Notes under the pieces: model-generated
What the model saw: the letters and a program-made list of their open reading frames with translations, nothing else
Told to the model about the DNA's origin: nothing
The model's database searches: none
Source of the DNA: an uncultured Thermoleophilaceae bacterium
GTDB taxonomy: Bacteria > Actinomycetota > Thermoleophilia > Solirubrobacterales > Thermoleophilaceae
Assembly: GCA_963789705.1 (NCBI GenBank)
Contig: CAWBLN010000008.1
Location: 83,474-147,473, forward strand
Length of the DNA stretch: 64,000 nt
Reading direction: 5' to 3'
In this document: one piece after another, positions 53,939 through 63,938 of the stretch
Layout: every line of letters begins with the position of its first letter
Numbering within the stretch: position 1 is the stretch's first letter
Position numbers and translations under genes: made by a program

Positions 53939-55318
53939 TCACGTTGTCATCTCCGTCGCGTAGTAAACGTTCTTCAGCTCGGTGTAGTGCTCGAGCGCGT
54001 GTGGGCCGAGCTCGCGGCCGGTGCCCGACTGCTTGAAGCCGCCGAACGGCGTGGACACCCGCACCGACGTGTTCGAGTTGATCGAGATGACCCCGGTGTC
54101 GATCGCTCGCGCCACACGGAGCGCCTTGGCGCCGTCGCGCGACCAGACCGACCCCGACAGCCCGTAGATGGTGTCGTTGGCGAGGCGAACCGCCTCGGCT
54201 TCGTCCTCGAATGGGATCACGCAGGCGACCGGCCCGAAGATCTCCTCTCGCGCCGCCCGATCGTCGTTGGACATCGGGGCCAGCACGGTGGGGGCGAACC
54301 AGTAGCCCTGGCCGTCGGGCGCGTCGCCGCGAAAGGCCACGGGCGCCTCGTCGTCCACGTAGGAGGAGACCGTCTCGCGCTGGTCGGCGGAGATCAACGG
54401 CCCCATCTCCGTCGAGTCGTCGAGCGGGTCGCCCACCGCGACCCCCTTCACGGCCGGCTCGAGCGCGGACATGAAGCGGTCGAGCGCCGAGCGCTCGACG
54501 AGGATGCGCGAGCGCGCGCAGCAGTCCTGGCCGGCGTTGCCGAACACCGCCGCCGGAGCGGAAGCGGCCGCCGCCTCCAGATCGGCGTCGGCGAAGACCA
54601 CGTTGGCCGACTTGCCGCCCAGCTCGAGCGTCACGCGCTTGATCGTCTCCGCGGCGCGCGCGGCTATGCGCCGTCCGACCGAGGTCGAGCCCGTGAACGC
54701 GACCTTGGCCACGTCCGGGTGGTCGACGATCCGCTCGCCGACCACGCGGCCGCTGCCCACCACGACGTTGAGTACCCCTTCGGGTACACCGGCCGCGACT
54801 ACGACCTTCTCCAGCTCCACCGCGGTCAGCGGCGTCAGCTCCGCCGGCTTGAGCACGATCGTGTTCCCCGCGGCTAGAGCGGGGCCGACCTTCCAGGACG
54901 CGATGGCCAGGGGGAAGTTCCAGGGGGTGATCAGGCCGACCACCCCGAGCGGCTCCCGGAAGGTGAAATCGAGCCCGCCCGCGACGGGAATCGTGTCGCC
55001 GAGCAGGCGCTCGGGGGCGCCCGCGTAGTAGTTGAACACCTCGGCCACCATCTCCACCTCGCCGTGCGCGTCCGAGATTGGCTTGCCCACGTTGCGGGCC
55101 TCGAGCCGCGCGAGGTCGTCGGCGCGCTCGCGGACCTTCGCCGACACGCTTCGCATCAGCTCGGCGCGTTCGGCGGCCGGTATGCGCTTCCAGGCCGGAA
55201 AGGCCTCCTTTGCCCGCGCGATTGCCTCGTCGGCCTCCTCGGCCCCCGCCCGCGGAAGCTCGGCCATCACGTCCTCGGTCGCGGGCTCCACCACCCTCAC
55301 CAGCGTCTCGGCGCTCAC
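53939..55318 (-). CDS. NAD(P)-dependent aldehyde dehydrogenase
   Basis: ITPWNFPL, FTGSTSVGR, LELGGKS and NAGQDCCA. Confidence 0.9.
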   Translation of the reverse strand: MSAETLVRVVEPATEDVMAELPRAGAEEADEAIARAKEAFPAWKRIPAAERAELMRSVSAKVRERADDLARLEARNVGKPISDAHGEVEMVAEVFNYYAGAPERLLGDTIPVAGGLDFTFREPLGVVGLITPWNFPLAIASWKVGPALAAGNTIVLKPAELTPLTAVELEKVVVAAGVPEGVLNVVVGSGRVVGERIVDHPDVAKVAFTGSTSVGRRIAARAAETIKRVTLELGGKSANVVFADADLEAAAASAPAAVFGNAGQDCCARSRILVERSALDRFMSALEPAVKGVAVGDPLDDSTEMGPLISADQRETVSSYVDDEAPVAFRGDAPDGQGYWFAPTVLAPMSNDDRAAREEIFGPVACVIPFEDEAEAVRLANDTIYGLSGSVWSRDGAKALRVARAIDTGVISINSNTSVRVSTPFGGFKQSGTGRELGPHALEHYTELKNVYYATEMTT

Positions 55319-55414
55319 GGCCCTACGGATACCTCCAGCGGGCTACGCGTAGACCCGCGGTCGAGTGGACACAAAAAAGGACTGGCCAGGAGACCATTAC
55401 CATTGCGGGTCGGT

Positions 55415-56152
55415 ATGTCAAGCACGCCACCGGTCATCGGGATCTGCGCCGTCAAGCAGCGGGCGAGCTGGGCCTTCTGGGACCAGACCGCCCACCTGGT
55501 CGCCGATACCTACGTGAGCGCGGTCCAGGACACCGGCGCCTGGGCCCTGCTGCTGCCCGTCGACGCCCGTTCTCCCGACCTGCTTCTCGACCGGATCGAC
55601 GGTCTGATGCTGATCGGCGGGGCCGACCTCGATCCGGCGATCTACGGCCAGCAGGCCTCGGAGGCCACCGAAACGTCCTATCGCGACCGCGACGAGTTCG
55701 AGCTCGCTCTCACGCGCGGCGCGCTCGACCGCGGCTTGCCGTATCTCGGCATCTGCCGGGGCATGCAGCTCCTAAACGTGGCGCTCGGCGGCACCATCAA
55801 CCAGAACCTCGTGGCCGACGACGGAACGAACCCCCACCGGCGCATCGTCGGGACCTTCGTGGGCACCGAGCACGACATCGACCTCGATCCCGGCTCGCTG
55901 GTGGCCCGGGCAACGGGCGAGGAAATCCATGAGGCTCGCTGTCACCACCACCAGGCGATCGACCGCCTCGGAGAGGGATTGGTGGTCACCGGCCGGGCCC
56001 GTGACGGCGTCGCCGAGGCGATCGAGCTCGAGGGCGACGACCGTTGGGTGCTGGGCGTTCAGTGGCACCCCGAAGCGGGCGACAAGCTCCAGCTCTTCCA
56101 GACCTTTGCGGAGGCGGCCGCTCAGCGGGCGGCTTCCGCGGCGCTGCGGTAG
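55415..56152 (+). CDS. gamma-glutamyl-GABA hydrolase-like (PuuD, peptidase C26) amidotransferase
   Basis: GLMLIGGADLDP, YLGICRGMQLLN and GVQWHPE. Confidence 0.85.
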   Translation: MSSTPPVIGICAVKQRASWAFWDQTAHLVADTYVSAVQDTGAWALLLPVDARSPDLLLDRIDGLMLIGGADLDPAIYGQQASEATETSYRDRDEFELALTRGALDRGLPYLGICRGMQLLNVALGGTINQNLVADDGTNPHRRIVGTFVGTEHDIDLDPGSLVARATGEEIHEARCHHHQAIDRLGEGLVVTGRARDGVAEAIELEGDDRWVLGVQWHPEAGDKLQLFQTFAEAAAQRAASAALR

Positions 56153-56859
56153 CCGCGCGCGGCGTCCACCAGTGAGGCGATCACGCGGCTGCGCTGGTCC
56201 TCCTCCGGATGCCACAGCACGCCCAGCGCGTAGGCCCTGTCCGGCAGCTCGATCGCCTCGACCACGTTGTCGGCGACCGACCAGCCGACCACTTTCACTC
56301 CCTCACCCAGCTCCTCGACGCCCTGGTGGTGGTGGGACTTGACCGCGCCGGCGGTGGCTCCGATCGCCCGGGCGGCCAGTGTGTCCGCGGTGATCCGTAC
56401 CTCGTGGTCAGCGAAGCTGCCCGGTGTATGCCGGTGGCGCTCGGTGCCGATCGCGTCGGGCAGGTGCTGGGCAAGAGTGCCTCCGCGGGCGATGTTGAGG
56501 AGCTGCATGCCGCGGCAGATGCCGAGCACCGGCATGTCGCGCTCGAGGGCCGCGTGGCTGAGCGCGAGCTCGAACCGGTCCCGCTCGGCCCGCGTGCCGG
56601 CCGTCTGCGAGTGAGGCCGGGCGCCGTAGGTGGCGGGGTCGATGTCGGAGCCCCCGGCCAGCATCAGGCCGTCGAGCAGATCGAGCATCTCGCGGGGGCT
56701 CTCGGCGGAGGCGTCGTCGGGCGGCAGCAGCAGCGCCATCCCGCCCGCGGCCTGCACGGCGAGCGCGTACGAGCGCGGTGAGACGTTTGCCAGCACCGTC
56801 CAGGCTCCCCAGCTGACCTGCTCCAGGGCGCCGCATATTCCGATCACCGGCCGGCTCAA
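56122..56859 (-). CDS. gamma-glutamyl-GABA hydrolase-like (PuuD, peptidase C26) amidotransferase, second copy
   Basis: GLMLAGGSDIDP, VLGICRGMQLLN and GVLWHPE. Its 3' end overlaps the convergent paralog by 31 nt. Confidence 0.85.
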   Translation of the reverse strand: MSRPVIGICGALEQVSWGAWTVLANVSPRSYALAVQAAGGMALLLPPDDASAESPREMLDLLDGLMLAGGSDIDPATYGARPHSQTAGTRAERDRFELALSHAALERDMPVLGICRGMQLLNIARGGTLAQHLPDAIGTERHRHTPGSFADHEVRITADTLAARAIGATAGAVKSHHHQGVEELGEGVKVVGWSVADNVVEAIELPDRAYALGVLWHPEEDQRSRVIASLVDAARGYRSAAEAAR

Positions 56860-56870
56860 TGCCGAGGGGC

Positions 56871-58199
56871 TCAGAGGCGCTCGAAGCCGCGGAACTTCTC
56901 CCAGTCGGTCACGGCGGCCTCGAAGGCCTCGAGCTCGATGTGGGCTCGGTTGAGGTAGTGGTCGACCACCTCCTCGCCGAAGGCCTCGCGGGCCATGGAC
57001 GACTCGGCGAAGAGGTCACGCGCCGCGTACATCGTGTGCGGCACGTGGGGCTTGTCGGACTCGTAGGCGTTGCCCTCGACGGCGTCCTCGAGCTCGAGCT
57101 CGTTCTCGATCCCGTGGAGGCCGGCGGCGATCATCGCGGCCAGGGCCAGGTAGGGGTTGACGTCCGCGCCGGGCAGGCGGTTCTCCACCCGCAGCCCCTG
57201 GCCGTGACCCACCACCCGCATCGAGCAGGTGCGGTTGTCCTTGCCCCAGGCCACCGCCGTGGGGGCGAAGGAACCCTTGACGAAGCGCTTGTAGGAGTTG
57301 ATGTTGGGAGCGAAGAAGAGCGTGAGCTCGCGCAGGCAGGCCAGCTGCCCCGCGACGAAGCGATGGAAGAGCGCCTCGTCGTCGGCGAAGACGTTGCCGC
57401 CGCTCTCATGCTGCAGCGAACAGTGGATGTGGCAAGAGTTGCCCTCGCGCTCGTCGAGCTTGGCGATATAGGTGATGGCCATGCCCTCCTGCGCGGCGAT
57501 CTCCTTGGCGCCGGTCTTGTAGATCACGTGGTCGTCCGCGGTCGCGAGGGCCTGGTCGTAGTGGAAGTTGATCTCGTGCTGGCCGAAGTTGCACTCGCCC
57601 TTGGAGTTCTCGACCTTCATGCCGGCGCCGGTCATCGAGTTTCGGATGCGGCGTAGCAACGGCTCGACCCGGGCGGTACCGAGCATCGAGTAGTCGACGT
57701 TGTAGAGGTTGGCCGGATCGAGGTCGCGGTAGCCCTTCTTCCACGCCTCCTCGTAGCTGTCGCGGAACACGATGAACTCGAGCTCCGTCCCGGCCGTGGC
57801 CTTCCAGCCCCGCTCGGCCAGCCGGGCTAGCTGACGGCGCAGGATCTGGCGCGGCGAGGCCACCACGTCGGACCCGTCCTCCCAGGTGAGGTCGGCCATG
57901 ACCAGCACGGTTCCCTCGTGCCACGGAACGGGCCGGAGCGTGTCCATGTCCGGCGCCATCACGAAGTCGCCGTACCCTCGTTCCCAGCTCGACATCTCGT
58001 ATCCGTCGACGGTGTTCATGTCGACGTCGACGGCGAGCAGGTAGTTGCACCCCTCGGCCGAGTGCTCCGCCACCTCCTCGAGGAAGTGGCCCGCGGTCAG
58101 GCGCTTGCCCTGCAGGCGCCCCTCCATGTCGGCGATCGTGAGGAGCACGGTGTCGACCGTGCCCTCGTCAACTTGGCTGCGCAACTCGTCGAGCGTCAT
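56871..58199 (-). CDS. glutamine synthetase family protein, gamma-glutamyl(poly)amine synthetase-like (GlnA3/PuuA type)
   Basis: TELEFIVF, NSKGECNFGQHEINF, REGNSCHIHCSL and SMRVVGHG..LRVENRLPGADVNPYLA. Confidence 0.9.
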   Translation of the reverse strand: MTLDELRSQVDEGTVDTVLLTIADMEGRLQGKRLTAGHFLEEVAEHSAEGCNYLLAVDVDMNTVDGYEMSSWERGYGDFVMAPDMDTLRPVPWHEGTVLVMADLTWEDGSDVVASPRQILRRQLARLAERGWKATAGTELEFIVFRDSYEEAWKKGYRDLDPANLYNVDYSMLGTARVEPLLRRIRNSMTGAGMKVENSKGECNFGQHEINFHYDQALATADDHVIYKTGAKEIAAQEGMAITYIAKLDEREGNSCHIHCSLQHESGGNVFADDEALFHRFVAGQLACLRELTLFFAPNINSYKRFVKGSFAPTAVAWGKDNRTCSMRVVGHGQGLRVENRLPGADVNPYLALAAMIAAGLHGIENELELEDAVEGNAYESDKPHVPHTMYAARDLFAESSMAREAFGEEVVDHYLNRAHIELEAFEAAVTDWEKFRGFERL

Positions 58200-58264
58200 C
58201 TTCCTCGCATAAGGTTCGGAGGGCGGACCTTTGACGCGCCAGCCTATCCGATAGGAATCGGCTC

Positions 58265-59714
58265 TTGCTACTCCTGGGAATCGACGAAGGCACCACGGGC
58301 GTCAAGGCGGCGCTGTTCGACGAGAGGCTTCGTCCGGTGCGCGAGGCTCGGCGCGACAAGGTGAACCGCCACCCCCGGGCGGGTTGGGTGGAGCAGGACG
58401 GCGAGGAGGTGCTCACGGCCGTGGTGGAGGCGGTCGCCGAGCTGCTGGACGACGCTCCCGGCGAGGTGGCGGCCTGCGGCCTCGATCATCAGGGCGAGTC
58501 CGTACTCGCCTGGGACGCCGAGACCGGCCGGCCGCTCACGCCGATCGTGGTTTGGCAGGACAAGCGCTCCTCGGAGGTGCTGGAGCACCTCGGCGACCAG
58601 GAGGAGGAGATCCGCGGGCTGAGCGGCCTGCCCTTCGACCCCTACTTCTCGGCGGCGAAGCTGGCCTGGCTGCTCGAGCGCGACCAGGGCGTGGCGCGTG
58701 CTCGTGAGGCGGGGACGCTGCGCATGGGGACGGTGGACTCGTTCCTGTGCGACCGTCTGGGCGCCGGCTTTGCCACCGACGCCTCGACCGCCTCGCGCAC
58801 GCAGCTGCACGCGCTCGGCCGCCCGGGATTCGACCCTCGCCTGGCCGAGCTCTTCGGCGTGCCGGCGGAGGTGCTGCCCGAGGTACGCGAGACCGCGGGC
58901 GATCTCGGTGTGCTGCGACACGAGTCGTGGCCCGTGGAGCTACGGCTGTGTGGTCAGGTCGTCGACCAGCAGGCCGCGCTGGCGGGCGCCGGGTGCGTGG
59001 AGGCGGGTCGGGTGAAGGCGACCTACGGGACCGGGGTCTTCGTGCTCGGCCACGTGGGCGCCGAGGTGCCGCGGCCGGCGGGCGGCCTGCTGCCGACGGT
59101 GGCGTGGTCGATCGAGGGACGCACCGAGTACGCCATCGACGGCGGGGTGTTCGCCGCGGGGGCGATGCTCGAATGGATGTGCCGCGAGCTCGGTCTGGCC
59201 GACCGCCCGGCCGACCTCGCCGTGATGGCCCGCGAGGCCGAGAACAGCGCGGGCGCTCGCGTGCTCCCAGGGCTGGCGGGCCTCGGCGCCCCCTGGTGGA
59301 AGCCCGACGCCCGCGCCGTGCTGGCCGGGCTGCACGGCGGCACCACGCGCGAGCACGTGGCCCTGGCCGCGCTCGAGGGCATCGCCTGGCGGGTGGCCGA
59401 CGTGGTGGCGGCTATGCAGGAGACCGTGGACGTCGCCTCGCTCCGCGTGGACGGCGGGCTCACCAACGAGCCGCTGCTGCTGCAGCTCCAGGCCGACGCG
59501 ATCGGCGTGCCCGTGGAGGCCGCAGGGGCGGACGCGACGGTCCTGGGCGCAGCCGTCCTGGCCGCCGTGGGCTCGGGCACGATCGGCTCGCTGGCCGAAG
59601 CCGCCGAGCTGCTGCCGGTCGACCGGCGCGTGGAGCCGGCTCGCGACGCTTCGTGGCGGGAGGCAGAGCATGCGCGCTGGCGGGGGTTTGTGGCGCGCGG
59701 CGGCAGAGCTCTGA
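58265..59714 (+). CDS. glpK: glycerol kinase (FGGY family); 3' end uncertain
   Basis: LLLGIDEGTTGVKA, VVWQDKRS, ATYGTGVF and VDGGLTNEPLLLQLQADA. The frame has no stop and runs on to 60670. An out-of-frame TGA at 59712-59714 would give a normal-length protein (...GFVARAAAEL). Confidence 0.85.
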
Positions 59715-59786
59715 ACGGCAGCAATAAGGGGGTGAACCTCGGCGCTTTGCTGACTTTGCCCCCGTATAGGGGGAAAAGTCGGCACT

Positions 59787-60670
59787 GTGGAGCAGAAGCT
59801 GGCCGATATGGCGCGCCGCTCCCATGGCGTGGTCACCCGGCGGGAGCTGCTGGCAGCGGGGATCAGCGGCAAGGAGATCGAGCGGCGCCTGGGTACCGGT
59901 GCCCTTATTGCTGTCTTTCGCGGCGTCTACCGGGTCGGCCACACGGCACCCAGCCTCGAGGCGCACTACCTGGCGGCGGTGAAGGCCTGCGGCGACGGGG
60001 CGCTGCTCAGCGGCCAGGCGGCCGCGCATCTGCTGGGCCTGCTAAAGGGGCGGCGCCGCCGCCCGAGGTGACCGCCGCCACAGACAGACGCGTCAAGGGA
60101 GTGAGGACCCGCAGAGGACGGCGTCAAGCCACGCTCTGGCGCGGCGTCCCGGTCACAAGCGTGGCCGAGACCCTCTTCGACCTGGCTGCTGTCTTAAACG
60201 CAGATGAGCTGGCCCGCGCCTGCCACGAAGCCGGCGTGCGCCACCACACCACCCCAAGACAGGTCGAGGCGGTCCTGGCCAGACGCCCCAACGCCCCCGG
60301 CGCGGCCAAGCTTCGCAAAGTGCTGCGCGGCGACGTCCACGTCACGCTCAGCACGCTCGAGCGCGCCTTTCTTGCCCTGCTGCGCCGGCACCGCCTGCCC
60401 CTACCGAAGACCAACAAGCGTGCCGGCGGGCGACGAGTGGACTGCCGGTGGGCGCGTCACCGGCTGACCGTCGAGCTCGACGGCTACCGCTACCACCACA
60501 GCCGCCACTCCTGGGAACAAGACCGCCGCCGCGAACGCGAAGCCTATGCCCGCGGCGACGACTTCCGCCGCTACACCTACGGCGACGTCTTCGAGCACCC
60601 CCGGCTCATGCTGCGGGAGCTGCGAGCGCTACTCAAGCCCGCGCCGTCGGCTCTTCCTTCTCCTCGGTGA
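59787..60670 (+). pseudogene. AbiEi-like N-terminal domain plus DUF559 endonuclease-like protein; one frameshift
   Basis: N-terminus RRSHGVVTRRELLAAGISGKEIERRL..GALIAVFRGVYRVG. After G-run 60046-60049 it continues in another frame: PEVTAATDRR...LTVELDGYRYHHSRHSWEQDRRREREAYARGDDFRRYTYGDV. Confidence 0.75.
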
Positions 60671-62207
60671 TGCCCAGGCCCTCGTCGAAGTCGATCGTGC
60701 TCACCGGGCCTTCGTAGGTCTTGCTGGCGCTCACGTTCCACCAGATCGCCAGCGCTAAGAAGACCACCACGATCGCGGGGGCGTAGTTCAACCTGGTGGC
60801 GTCGAAGTCGTCGTTCCATGGCAATCCCGTCGGCGCGAACGGGAGTAGGAACACCAGCACGGAGATTTCCACCCAGACGAGCGCGACCACATTCACCCAG
60901 CGGTACTTCTCGCCGAGATTCCATGAACCGGGCTCGAAGTTGCTGCCTGCCCGCCAGCGCAGGTACACGGGAATGACGTAGGCGATGTACAGGCCGATGA
61001 CCGCGATCGCCACTACAGCGAAGAAGGCGAATGGGAAGCCGGCCTCCGTGCCCTTAAGCGCGGGCAGGGTGATGATCAGCGCCAGCACACAGGACCCGAG
61101 CACCGCAGCCACGGGCACGCGCCTCCTGTCAACTTGGCTCCACAGGCGCCAGCCGGGCACAGCCCGGTCTCGCGAGAAGGCGTAGAAGGTGCGCGAGCAA
61201 CTGGTGATGCAGGCCATGCCGCAGAAGAACTGGCCGATCGTCGATATGAGGACGATCGTCTCCGCCCAGCCGGAGCTCATGGCGCTGGTGAAGATGGGAA
61301 TCGCGCCACCGGCGGCGGCTTCCACATCGACTGCCGCGAAGGTGATCGCCAGCAGAACGAACCAGCCGACGAGCGCGGAGAAAAAGACCGACTGCCAAAT
61401 GCCCTTGGCTGCCGCTACCTCAGCGTCTTTTGTCTCCTCAGACAGGTGGGCCGAGGCGTCGTAGCCGGTGACCGTGTACATCGTCAGCAAGAAGCCGATC
61501 GGGAGCACCCAGACCCAGAAAAAGAGATCTGAGTTTGACCCACCGGAGAAGCCCGAATTGTTGATCGTCTCAGTGAAGACGAAGTCCACACTCTGGTGGC
61601 GGTCGGGCACGATGATCAGGATCAGGATGATGATCCCGACGCCGATCACGTGCACGCCCACCGAGATGTTGTTGAACAGAGCCACCAGGTTCGACGAATA
61701 GATGTTGATCAGGGCGTGCAGGGCCAGGATGAGGATGAACAGCAGGAAGATCTCGTCGAGCTCGCGGGCGCCCGTGAAGTCGATGATGAGGTTGAGGTCC
61801 CAGAGGCTGAACAGGTGGGCCGCAAAGGTGGCGCAGCCGTAGTCCACCGAGGCGACCACGGCGATCAAGCCGATCACGTTGAACCAGCCGGTGAACCACG
61901 ACCAGCCCGGTCCGCCGAGCTTTGCCGCCCACCAGTAGGGACCGCCCGCGGTGGGATATGCAGAGCACAGCTCCGACATCGAGAGGGCGACCGTGAGGAT
62001 AAGCGCACAGATGATCGGCCAACCCCAAGAGATCGAGATCGGTCCGCCGTAGTTGAAGGCCTGGCCGTAGGTGGTGAAACAGCCGGCCAGCACCGAGATG
62101 ATGGAGAACGAGATCGCGAAGTTGGAGAACGAGCTCCAAACGCGACTTAGGTCCTGCTTGTAGCCGAGCTCCGCGAGCCGCTCTTCGTCCCTATTCGCGA
62201 TGCTCAA
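60633..62207 (-). CDS. APC-superfamily amino acid/amine permease
   Basis: 524 aa. AELGYKQDLSRVWSSFSNFAISFSIISVLAG...SELCSAYPTAGGPYWWA. About 12 TMS. Confidence 0.9.
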   Translation of the reverse strand: MSIANRDEERLAELGYKQDLSRVWSSFSNFAISFSIISVLAGCFTTYGQAFNYGGPISISWGWPIICALILTVALSMSELCSAYPTAGGPYWWAAKLGGPGWSWFTGWFNVIGLIAVVASVDYGCATFAAHLFSLWDLNLIIDFTGARELDEIFLLFILILALHALINIYSSNLVALFNNISVGVHVIGVGIIILILIIVPDRHQSVDFVFTETINNSGFSGGSNSDLFFWVWVLPIGFLLTMYTVTGYDASAHLSEETKDAEVAAAKGIWQSVFFSALVGWFVLLAITFAAVDVEAAAGGAIPIFTSAMSSGWAETIVLISTIGQFFCGMACITSCSRTFYAFSRDRAVPGWRLWSQVDRRRVPVAAVLGSCVLALIITLPALKGTEAGFPFAFFAVVAIAVIGLYIAYVIPVYLRWRAGSNFEPGSWNLGEKYRWVNVVALVWVEISVLVFLLPFAPTGLPWNDDFDATRLNYAPAIVVVFLALAIWWNVSASKTYEGPVSTIDFDEGLGITEEKEEPTARA

Positions 62208-62255
62208 CCTGATCGGCCATGGGCGTCGACCTCTCCTCCTCGGTAGACGGTTGGC

Positions 62256-62333
62256 ACGATCGGCGTGCCTGTCGAGGCCGCCGGCGCTGATGCGACGATG
62301 CTCAAGCGCCGCGGTGGTGCCCGCCGTGGGCTC
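62256..62333 (+). pseudogene. relic of a glycerol-kinase (FGGY C-terminal) gene
   Basis: acgatcggcgtgcctgtcgaggccgccggcgctgatgcgacg...gcccgccgtgggctcg aligns with glpK 59498-59575 (IGVPVEAAGADAT...AAVGS) at about three quarters identity by eye. Orientation is the same as glpK. Confidence 0.5.
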
Positions 62334-62344
62334 GCGTGCAACTC

Positions 62345-63938
62345 TCAGTCACGCGTGACGATATCCTCCTCCAACGTGCGCACCGGACCCTGGTAACGGT
62401 CCTTGGCCGATACGAGGTACCACCCGCCGAATATGAGCGGGATGATGATCGCCAGCGGCACGTAGTTGACCAGGCTTGCATCGAAGTCGTCGTTCCACGG
62501 CAGGCCCGCAGGCGTGTACGGCAGGAACACCAGGCTGTAGACGACTAGGACCACGAACACGATCGCGAGGGTGTTCACCAGCCGATAGCGGCGACCGAGG
62601 TTCCATGGTCCGGGCTCGAACTGGTCTCCCTTCCGCAGCCTCAGGTACACCGGGAGGATGTATGCGATGTACAGGCCGACGGTACAAATCCCGGTGATCG
62701 CGAAGAACGCGAACGGGACGTTGTTCTTGCCGAACATCGCCGGGATCGCGACCAGCAGCGAGAAGAACGAGACCGCGATCACCGCATTGAACGGCACCCG
62801 GTCGCGGTTGACTCGCCGGAATATCTCCCAGCCGGGCATTCCCCGGTCGCGCGAGAACGCATACCAAGTACGCGACGCGCTTGTCAGGCCCGCCGCTCCG
62901 CAGAACAGCTGCCCGACGGTCGCGATCAGTATCACCAGCTTGGCCGCCCACGAGTCGAGCGCCGAGGTGAAGACGAAGGTCGAGTAGCCGGCGCCCTCGT
63001 TGATCGCGTCCACGTCGGTGGACGCGAACAGGAAAGCGAGCAGGACAAACCAGCCGATCAGCGCCGACCAGAAGACCGAGCGCCAGACGCCCTGTGCAGC
63101 GGCCGTGGCGGCACCGCGGGTCTCCTCCGCGGTGTGGGCGGAGGCGTCGTAGCCAGTCTGTGTGTACATCGTGAGCAGGAATCCAATCGGCAGGACAAGG
63201 AGCCAGAAGCCGAGATTGCCGGTCGAGCCGTCATGCAGCCCCGAGTTGTTGATCCGCTCCCCGAACACGAAGCTGAAGTCTTGGTGATCGTCGGGGACGA
63301 AGATCAGCAGCCCCAGGATGACCGCCACGCCGAGCAGGTGCCAGCCGACCGAGATGTTGTTCATGAGGGCCAGGAACTGGTCGGCGAAGATGTTCACCAC
63401 CGTGTAGAACACGAGGATGAGGAAGAAGAGCAGCCACTGCTCCGCGAGGACGTGTTCGGTATCCCCGAAGTTGATCCCGAGGATCGTTGAGCCCGTAGAG
63501 GCCGAGCAGGATGTTGAGGAACGTCGCGGCGCCATAGCCAACCCCCGCGACGATCCCGACCAGGCCGACGATGTTGAACCAACCCGTCATCCAGCTCCAG
63601 CCCGTGCCGCCGAGGTCGTGGGCCCACCAGTATGGCCCGCCGGCGGTGGGGTACTTCGAGGTCAGCTCGGCCATCGAGAAGGCCACCATCAGTACGAAGA
63701 CGCAGAGCACCGGCCAGCCGATCGAGATCGCAGCCGGCCCGCCGTTCTGCCAGGCGAATGCGAAGTTGGTAAAGACCCCGGCGAGGACCGAAATGATCGT
63801 GAACGAGATCGCGAAGTTGGTGAAGCCCGACCAAGCCCGGGAGAGCTCCTGCTTATAGCCGAGCTCGTGGAGTCGCTGCTCATCCTCTGTGAGGGACTCG
63901 CTCCCTCTGGCGGTCCTGGGCTCGTCCGACGGTGACAT
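62345..63938 (-). pseudogene. APC-superfamily amino acid/amine permease, second tandem copy; one frameshift
   Basis: ATG at 63938 after GGGAGG. HELGYKQELSRAWSGFTNFAISFTIISVLAG...AELTSKYPTAGGPYWWA...LLGLYG, then continues in another frame as STILGINFGDTEHVLAEQW... The shift is at C-run 63492-63494. Confidence 0.85.
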
